Below, in pieces: positions 58,309 to 64,000 of a stretch of DNA of 64,000 nt. Made by a program: the position numbers and the translations under genes. The stretch's first letter is position 1. Each line of letters begins with the position of its first letter. Source of the stretch: a virus (Duplodnaviria > Heunggongvirae > Uroviricota > Caudoviricetes). Under the pieces are notes generated by a model, which was not told the DNA's origin, searched no databases, and worked only from the letters and a program-made list of their open reading frames with translations. The stretch lies in IMG/VR virus record IMGVR_UViG_3300042569_002502. One strand, 5' to 3'.

Positions 58309-60329
58309 TATGTAAACAATTTACGTTTTTTAGTATTAAACAATCCATTAGATTGTGAAAATAATGTATTCTTTGGTTTTTTAGAATATAATGCTTGCAC
58401 TCTATCATCTCCTGATCCGCCTATTTTTCCCATTATAGGATCCATTTTCATAGCTTGTGCTATGGCTAGTTCTGCAGCAATAATTCGGTCAAAGTTTCCT
58501 GAATCATTATATTGTATCATTTCTTCTAACAAGACAGGATCAAATATCTTACTTATTCCCAGCACTTCCTTTATAACATCTCCCTGTTCATTGGTTTCTT
58601 TGTATATAACACTTTCTGTGTATTTTTTTAAACAGTTGTGCAAATAGTCAATTATCTTTTCACTGGAACGGTGTATTCCATAGTCTCTCTTCACTGTTGT
58701 ATTAGGAACAATCTCTTTTAACCATTCGGGCTGCTTCTCTAAATAATGAGCATCTCCCTTAGCTTTCATATACTCAATAAATGATATATCATCATTCTCA
58801 CACAACGTACGAGCATTATAGAATTTAATCAACATCCTGGCCTGCTCTTCCCATATTTCCTTTTTATCAGGACGTGCACAATAGGAAGCAACAAACATAT
58901 CTTGATATTTTTCCCCTGTAAGATCGTGCATTCTTTTATAAACATATACAGATCCTAAAGAAGAACTGTATGCTGATTTACCTTGTCTATATGGGTCCAC
59001 CCCAGCAACATACAATCCATAAGGAGGATTTTCTACAGGAAACTCATATATCACTACAGGAGCGTCTTTAAGATCACTATTCTTTAATGGAAAATTTGAA
59101 ATAGGTCTTTTATCTGTAAATTCATGGGCTATTTTTTCTCCGTCATTAAATAATATGACAGGAGTGCCTGTTCTTTCTTGCTGTAAAAGTCTGGCCTTTT
59201 GTCTTTTAGCCCCCTCTATATCAAATATATTTGTATCTTCATTTAAGAATATATCATCCACTTCCTGGGGATAGTACATCTTTTCTTTTAAATAGGCAAT
59301 TCTGTCTCCTGCCTTTTTAAGCTTTTCTAAGTTTGAGTTGGTAATCTCTGTAGCTTTCTCCTCATTAGACACTAACATCTGTATATTATGGAGATCACTT
59401 GATGCAGGCTGTTCCAAAAAAGCTCCTAATGTAGAAGACTCTTTTGCTTCCATTCTATATTTATGGGAAATAAACAACCCATGAATACGTTTATCATCCT
59501 TACTATTATTATATGTAAGGAAGTTAAAATTATCTACATCAAACATTAGAGATTTAGCATCAAGAAATTTCTTCATATCTCCCCCTGTTCCTGTAAGAAT
59601 TGGAGAACATCCCCAACCAAATGGTGTTGTAAAACCAGGAACAGCTGCCTGCAGTCCTCTAAGAAAAGATCCTTTTCCTATCTCATCAATAATTAGTTTA
59701 CGGGGTTTTGTACCAGCAATTGCTTCTTCATTATTACCCTCATCTAAGTTACGAATAAGAATAGAAGAAAAAGGAATACGTTCTCCACTCTTAGTTTTGA
59801 TACCGAGGGTCACTTGATTTTTCCAATTATCCTCAATCCTCTGCCATCTCCAATATTCAGGAATAAAATTTAACCCCTTATCAATCTTATCTGTAATCAG
59901 TTTTATATCTGGAGCGTTCAATCCAGCAATAATATTTTGAGAATTCTCATCAAATGTAGCACCCCATGCAATATAACTTGCCTCTAAAACACTCTTGGCA
60001 AAACGTCTAATTCCTAAAATAACCAGGCCTTTCTTTTCTCCTTGGGCTCTATCAATTTCATTAGACACCAACCACTCATTATCTCTTAAGAATGGATTGG
60101 CATATTTTTGAGCTATTCTTCCATAGCTATCAATTACATCCACTTCTGTATGCCAGATGTTTAAGTGCCAATATAAAAAGGGGTTGATATACACCCCATC
60201 CATCATAGCTCCATTTAAACAAACATCTTTATGGAAATCAAAGAATTGTTTACATTCTACAGAATCTCTGTCTGGAATTCGTTTTTGATTTATAAACCAA
60301 TCTTTATAATCTATATTTTGTAATTCCAT
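58308..60329 (-). CDS. terL: terminase large subunit
   Basis: 673 aa. ATPase Walker B (KLIIDEIGKG) and deviant Walker A (LGIRRFAKS). C-terminal RNaseH-like nuclease signature VAGVDPYRQGKSAYSSSLGSVYVY. Confidence 0.8.
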   Translation of the reverse strand: MELQNIDYKDWFINQKRIPDRDSVECKQFFDFHKDVCLNGAMMDGVYINPFLYWHLNIWHTEVDVIDSYGRIAQKYANPFLRDNEWLVSNEIDRAQGEKKGLVILGIRRFAKSVLEASYIAWGATFDENSQNIIAGLNAPDIKLITDKIDKGLNFIPEYWRWQRIEDNWKNQVTLGIKTKSGERIPFSSILIRNLDEGNNEEAIAGTKPRKLIIDEIGKGSFLRGLQAAVPGFTTPFGWGCSPILTGTGGDMKKFLDAKSLMFDVDNFNFLTYNNSKDDKRIHGLFISHKYRMEAKESSTLGAFLEQPASSDLHNIQMLVSNEEKATEITNSNLEKLKKAGDRIAYLKEKMYYPQEVDDIFLNEDTNIFDIEGAKRQKARLLQQERTGTPVILFNDGEKIAHEFTDKRPISNFPLKNSDLKDAPVVIYEFPVENPPYGLYVAGVDPYRQGKSAYSSSLGSVYVYKRMHDLTGEKYQDMFVASYCARPDKKEIWEEQARMLIKFYNARTLCENDDISFIEYMKAKGDAHYLEKQPEWLKEIVPNTTVKRDYGIHRSSEKIIDYLHNCLKKYTESVIYKETNEQGDVIKEVLGISKIFDPVLLEEMIQYNDSGNFDRIIAAELAIAQAMKMDPIMGKIGGSGDDRVQALYSKKPKNTLFSQSNGLFNTKKRKLFT

Positions 60330-60661
60330 TATTTTCTATTTGCTAGGAATTCAGCAGCAGCTCCAGAGAGTTCTCCTTTCCCCCTCACTTCCACTTTAGC
60401 CTCTTCTTTTTCTCTCAGCTTCTCCACCACTTCTAATAAAGCTAAATAATTCTTCATTGTTTCTTGGATGAATTTTCCCTGGGCCTCAATAGAGGCTATC
60501 ACCATAGGAAGCATTCCTCCTTTTGATGTTGGTTTCCACTCAATCCTATCTTTAAGCTCATGCAAAGGATTTGCATCCACATAAGCTTTCCAAGACTGCA
60601 GCTGCTGTTCAGACCAATCTAACTCAGCATTTATGTATGTAGTTTTTTTAAGTGTAGCCAT
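60329..60661 (-). CDS. small protein translationally coupled to terL (terminase small subunit candidate)
   Basis: 110 aa. Stop overlaps the terL ATG. No motif, so the assignment is positional only. Confidence 0.45.
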   Translation of the reverse strand: MATLKKTTYINAELDWSEQQLQSWKAYVDANPLHELKDRIEWKPTSKGGMLPMVIASIEAQGKFIQETMKNYLALLEVVEKLREKEEAKVEVRGKGELSGAAAEFLANRK

Positions 60662-60670
60662 ATTTTTTAT

Positions 60671-60958
60671 TTACGTCTCTTCTTCATACTCTTCTCCTCT
60701 AAACAAGAGGCCAAGATCCATTCCTTCTTTAATTATCCTATCTATCTCTGACTCTTCTGTATGAGGAACATCCATCTCTATTTGTTCCTTATATTTCTCT
60801 AGAGCATAGACAAGCTCTTTATCTGTTATTCCCCACATATCACCATATCCTTCTAAGGCTGTTGAAAGATGTCTTCCCATATTATACATGGGAAACTCTT
60901 TATGTAATTCCTGTAGAATATGAATAGCCTGGAAATAATGGTTTTTCTTTACACTCAT
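60671..60958 (-). CDS. hypothetical acidic small protein (95 aa)
   Basis: ATG start. Acidic C-terminus. Confidence 0.45.
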   Translation of the reverse strand: MSVKKNHYFQAIHILQELHKEFPMYNMGRHLSTALEGYGDMWGITDKELVYALEKYKEQIEMDVPHTEESEIDRIIKEGMDLGLLFRGEEYEEET

Positions 60959-60964
60959 ATTACG

Positions 60965-61147
60965 TTATTTTGTAATAATACCAGAAGCTGAAGCTGTTAG
61001 CTTTGCTAGTCCTGGAGATACAACATCTTTTAATAATTTCTCAATTTGCTCGTTTGCAACTTTCTGTACATCCGCAGATATTCCTGGGGTGGCACACAAT
61101 GCTCCTAATTTTTCTATTACAATCCACGCTTCTACTGTTGGGTTCAT
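60965..61147 (-). CDS. hypothetical small protein (60 aa)
   Basis: ATG start. 4-nt overlap with the upstream ORF. Confidence 0.35.
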   Translation of the reverse strand: MNPTVEAWIVIEKLGALCATPGISADVQKVANEQIEKLLKDVVSPGLAKLTASASGIITK

Positions 61148-61380
61148 GTTAATTCATTTAAGTCCTCATCGGACAATTTTATATTGGTTATTGGTTTCTC
61201 TTCCTCTGTATTAATATAATCATCATTATAAGCAATACCTATCTGATCTTGTTTCCCGTCTAACACCCCTATTACATCAACAAAATCCACTCCTCTATTA
61301 TAAATAGAAATTAATGTATTCACTAATTCTAATAAAGGCACTTTTCTTAATACAAATTGGTTATTCTCCTGGGACATCAT
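61144..61380 (-). CDS. hypothetical small protein (about 78 aa)
   Basis: The track start is TTG. The adjacent ATG ATG is at 61380/61377. Confidence 0.4.
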   Translation of the reverse strand: MMSQENNQFVLRKVPLLELVNTLISIYNRGVDFVDVIGVLDGKQDQIGIAYNDDYINTEEEKPITNIKLSDEDLNELT

Positions 61381-61666
61381 CAAAAGATTTTAATATTTCA
61401 GATTCTTTGTCTTCATCCATCAAGGCCATCCACTTTTTCAAGGGACATTCACAGGACAGACACTTTGTTTTTTTAGCTAAAGGACATCCACAAGCTGTAC
61501 AATGAACATCCTTTCTTATTGTTTTATGATGCTTAGAATGTGCTGGGCACTGCTCACATATATTTATTCGCTCCTCACTAACACTCAAAATTATGCTCTT
61601 AAGCTCTTCGGGAGGAAAAAGATCGTTTCTCCATCCTTCAAATATCTGGGAAAAATTAAGCTTCAT
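61361..61666 (-). CDS. Cys/His-rich zinc-binding small protein
   Basis: About 101 aa from the ATG at 61666. CEQCPAHSKHHKTIRKDVHCTACGCPLAKKTKCLSCECPLKKW. Confidence 0.5.
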   Translation of the reverse strand: MKLNFSQIFEGWRNDLFPPEELKSIILSVSEERINICEQCPAHSKHHKTIRKDVHCTACGCPLAKKTKCLSCECPLKKWMALMDEDKESEILKSFDDVPGE

Positions 61667-62015
61667 CACCCTCTTTTAATTTGTCTTTTATTAATTGTAC
61701 AGAATTCTGTACATCATTTAAAATCCTCATTGCCTTTTGTTTCTTTGCTTCTGTAGCGGCCTCATCTGCCAACACTGCATTTTGTATCCGTTGTACATTT
61801 GCAAACATCTCTAGCTTTTTATTTGCTTTATTTACATTAAATATAAATTTTCCAAACCCAGAAATCTCCACTGTATTGTTTTTTTGCAAAGCCTCATTAG
61901 CAGATTGAAATTGATGTGCTACAACAGCCTCTATCACTTTTTCAGACGTCATTGACTTCACTGCTAATATTCTAATTAAATAGTCTTTGACAGACATTGA
62001 AACTGGCTTATCCAT
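61656..62015 (-). CDS. HU/IHF-like DNA-binding protein (divergent, shortened arm)
   Basis: 119 aa. VKDYLIRILAV...EKVIEAVVAHQFQSANEALQKNNTVEISGFGKFIFNV matches the HU N-terminal helices and the GFGxF signature. The R.GRNP arm is absent. Confidence 0.5.
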   Translation of the reverse strand: MDKPVSMSVKDYLIRILAVKSMTSEKVIEAVVAHQFQSANEALQKNNTVEISGFGKFIFNVNKANKKLEMFANVQRIQNAVLADEAATEAKKQKAMRILNDVQNSVQLIKDKLKEGDEA

Positions 62016-62361
62016 TTATTAGTTTTATTTCTAATGTAATATCATTATCAAACTTAAGAACAATAGCTGGATTCACCTTCACCTTTGTTCCCTCTTTAAC
62101 TAACACCCCCACCTTCTTCAATTTAGAAATAATATTGTTTATTGTAGGAGCTGTTGTATTATACTTTGTACAAAATTCCTCTCGTATATTAGCATAAGAA
62201 ATATTCCCCTTAATAGCTGTAAAAGCTACAAGCTGTATTTCCCTTTCTGTCAATCCTAACTTATTAAGACTTGATATAAAATTATAATACATCTCTGCCT
62301 TTTCGTACTCGTCCTTAAAAGACTTTCTCAACTTCTGTAATATAAACTTATTGTTTTCCAT
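62008..62361 (-). CDS. small DNA-binding (winged-helix-like) protein candidate
   Basis: 117 aa. LTEREIQLVAFTAIKGNISYANIREEF followed by a basic beta-hairpin-like segment SKLKKVGVLVKEG. Assignment is by composition only. Confidence 0.45.
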   Translation of the reverse strand: MENNKFILQKLRKSFKDEYEKAEMYYNFISSLNKLGLTEREIQLVAFTAIKGNISYANIREEFCTKYNTTAPTINNIISKLKKVGVLVKEGTKVKVNPAIVLKFDNDITLEIKLING

Positions 62362-62440
62362 ATTTAATTAATGCAAAGATAGAACATGTTCATCCAACAT
62401 CAAATAATAATTATTATTATTTGTTATACGTATTGCTATA

Positions 62441-62686
62441 TTATACCCCACTTTCTTCTCCATCCTTATAAAATATAAGAGAAATATTTATAAAAAATAG
62501 CCCTATTAACAATTCTTGTTCTATATATTCAGGAACGTAATACTCATTAAAAGAAACACCTAAATTAAAACAAGGAGAAGTGAAAAGATTAAATTCTATA
62601 GCTAGTTCTAACCTTCTCATATTATGTATTCCACTAATAATAGATCCTATTATTATTACTAACACAAAAAGACCAATGTATTCCAT
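62441..62686 (-). CDS. small membrane protein, first ORF of the minus-strand block
   Basis: 81 aa. N-terminal TM (IGLFVLVIIIGSIISGI). ATG start. Confidence 0.35.
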   Translation of the reverse strand: MEYIGLFVLVIIIGSIISGIHNMRRLELAIEFNLFTSPCFNLGVSFNEYYVPEYIEQELLIGLFFINISLIFYKDGEESGV

Positions 62687-62865
62687 ATTTATTTGTTTTG
62701 TTTATGAAGGAACCTTTATCTAGGAATGTTTATACATCCTTCCCCACCCAATCCACCCCAAAGATAGACAAGAATTTATATATATTCCAAATATTATATT
62801 ACACAGGGGTGTGTAAAAAACACAATTTTGCTTTAAACAGGGTGATAAAAAATTTTTTTCGTGGA

Positions 62866-62874
62866 GGGGGGGGG
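62866..62874. repeat. G9 homopolymer tract in the divergent intergenic region
   Basis: Read directly: GGAGGGGGGGGGC. C6/C4 tracts lie at 62741-62761 and 62912-62978. These are striking in roughly 31% GC DNA. Confidence 0.9.
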
Positions 62875-63005
62875 CTAAAATTTTTTTCAAAATCAAAAAA
62901 CTTATAATATGCCCCCCTGAGGAGACCACTCCCCATCAGCCACCCCACCTATAATTGGGGAAACCGACATACCTCCCCATCATTATTAATCTTAAATCAA
63001 AAATC

Positions 63006-63386
63006 ATGTCAGTAAAATTTGAAGAAATTGTTTGGAGAGATGAACTTACCTCTAATGGAAATCTTAACACCTTAGGCACTGTAAAAGAACTATTTCACGA
63101 TTGTGAACTTTTACCTGTTACCAAGAACCTTGACAAGCGTGCCACTTTAATGTTCAAGAAAGACGGAAAGGTTGCTAACGTTGTAATGTCCAAAAGTGTT
63201 AATGAGCTTTTTAGAGCTGGAAAGCTTACCATCCCACAAGTGATGGGGTTCCAAGTAATCAAAGCAGAAAATGGTGGCTTCTATGCTGCATTACCTGCTT
63301 CTGGCTGGATTGAAGTGAAGACCATTAAGGTGCAGGATTTCAAACCGTCTGGTTTGAGCTTGGAAGACCTTATTAAGGCAAGCTAA
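63006..63386 (+). CDS. hypothetical protein, sole plus-strand gene in window (126 aa)
   Basis: ATG at 63006 (MSVKFEEIVW...). The track's upstream start is a TTG. Followed by a strong terminator. Confidence 0.5.
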   Translation: MSVKFEEIVWRDELTSNGNLNTLGTVKELFHDCELLPVTKNLDKRATLMFKKDGKVANVVMSKSVNELFRAGKLTIPQVMGFQVIKAENGGFYAALPASGWIEVKTIKVQDFKPSGLSLEDLIKAS

Positions 63387-63392
63387 AGAATA

Positions 63393-63420
63393 AGAGCCTT
63401 CGGGCTCTCTTCTTTTATAT
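63393..63420 (+). terminator. rho-independent terminator
   Basis: AGAGCC-TTCG-GGCTCT stem-loop followed by CTCTTCTTTTATAT. It sits 7 nt after the stop codon. Confidence 0.65.
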
Positions 63421-63570
63421 ATAGGGTGGGGGAAAAGAATTAAAGGGTGGGCTTAGATAAAAACTTTTTTGTCTATATATATAAAGAAATTTATTTCCTA
63501 TATATACAGAAGAAAATATTTTTGTTACATATATATATGTATGAAAAAGTTTTACGGCTAATATATATAA
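63414..63570. promoter_or_regulatory. array of five TATATATA-type elements plus GGGTGGG direct repeat; candidate promoter cluster / replication-origin-like region
   Basis: TATATATA-type elements at 63415, 63474, 63500, 63530 and 63561. Two AGGGTGGG copies at 63423-63450. Exact TAnnTTTG box at 63517-63524. Palindrome TTGATAATCAA at 63589-63599. No ORF of 60 aa or more lies between 63390 and 63930. Confidence 0.5.
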
Positions 63571-63932
63571 ATTTATCATAATGTTCTATTGATAATCAAT
63601 GAGTTATGAAAGATTTATATGTTTTTTTGGAGTGTGAGGAATGGTGTGTAACCCTCTTTTGGTTTTATTTGTTCTTTTTGAAAGCCTATTTTAATGGTTG
63701 TATTGATTATTTATAGCATTAATATAGATATTATTCTCTCTCTTATATATATATTATATTCCTTTGTATAGGATATTAATGTTTTGTTTTTAGCAAGGTG
63801 GTGTTAGGCCTTGTGCGTTCTATGTATACCAGGAAATATGCAGTCTCAGTAATGAGAGTTAGTCCATACCATGTGAAGTGCAAAAATATCAGGTTGGTAA
63901 TACATAGAGGTCACCAATTAAAATCAATTATA

Positions 63933-64000
63933 TGAGTAACTTAAAATTCGCTAAAGAAATGATTTCTTATCATTCAGATGCAATTTTACACACAGAGGGT
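63933..64000 (+). CDS. 5' end of a plus-strand gene continuing beyond the window
   Basis: ATG at 63933 opens MSNLKFAKEMISYHSDAILHTEG with no stop before the window end. Confidence 0.3.

Noticed and set aside
62698-62929. Overlapping 69-aa ORFs on both strands across the G9 tract
   Set aside because: They span the homopolymer-rich strand-switch region and give a poly-Gly/odd translation (FFRGGGGLKFF). They are mutually exclusive and are more likely non-coding regulatory DNA.
62955-63005. ORF-track N-terminal extension of the plus-strand gene (MGKPTYLPIIINLKSKI)
   Set aside because: The start at 62955 is a TTG inside the C-rich intergenic region. The first ATG is at 63006 and gives a compact 126-aa protein.
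63820-63930. Possible tRNA or structured RNA in the GC-richer patch near the right end
   Set aside because: No cloverleaf could be built by eye. There is no GTTCRA T-loop motif and no acceptor-stem complementarity. Only an imperfect TTGGTAA...TCACCAA hairpin is present.
1-64000. CRISPR arrays, integrase/transposase genes, attachment sites
   Set aside because: There are no regularly spaced direct repeats with unique spacers. No ORF has recombinase motifs (tyrosine-recombinase R..HxxR..Y or DDE). The window reads as a lytic-phage structural region.

Overview
This 64 kb window looks like one contiguous stretch of a crAss-like (Crassvirales-type) podophage genome from a low-GC Bacteroidetes host. 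Three observations support that host range. GC is about 31%. No Shine-Dalgarno sequences are visible. The structural proteins carry Bacteroidetes-style delta-60 repeats.

Almost the whole window (66..62686) is a single late transcription polarity on the minus strand with tightly packed, often overlapping genes. Read in transcription order (high to low coordinate):
- A small-gene cluster: an HTH candidate, an HU-like protein, a Cys-rich zinc-binding protein, and a possible terminase small subunit (TerS).
- The terminase large subunit (TerL).
- The portal.
- An unexpected SPFH/band-7 protein.
- An acidic scaffold-like protein.
- A putative major capsid protein, followed by a terminator.
- A block of head/tail accessory genes: a tail-collar-domain fiber, a calcineurin-like metallophosphoesterase, a second terminator, and a 2229-aa modular tail protein ending in a delta-60-repeat beta-propeller.
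- A 26 kb block of four giant virion proteins of 1388, 919, 4157 and 2150 aa. The 4157-aa ORF carries a DFDID motif like the beta-prime double-psi beta-barrel of crAss-like virion-packaged RNA polymerases.
- A 1315-aa repeat-rich fiber and two tandem LamG/ConA-like paralogs.
- An 805-aa tail fiber with a C-terminal S74 intramolecular-chaperone (autoproteolytic) domain.
- Two tandem terminators and two small membrane proteins.

The right end (62690..64000) switches polarity. It holds an intergenic region with odd G/C homopolymer tracts, one plus-strand gene with a clean terminator, an iterated TATATATA-element region, and the start of a plus-strand gene running off the window. No tRNA, CRISPR, integrase or transposase was seen.
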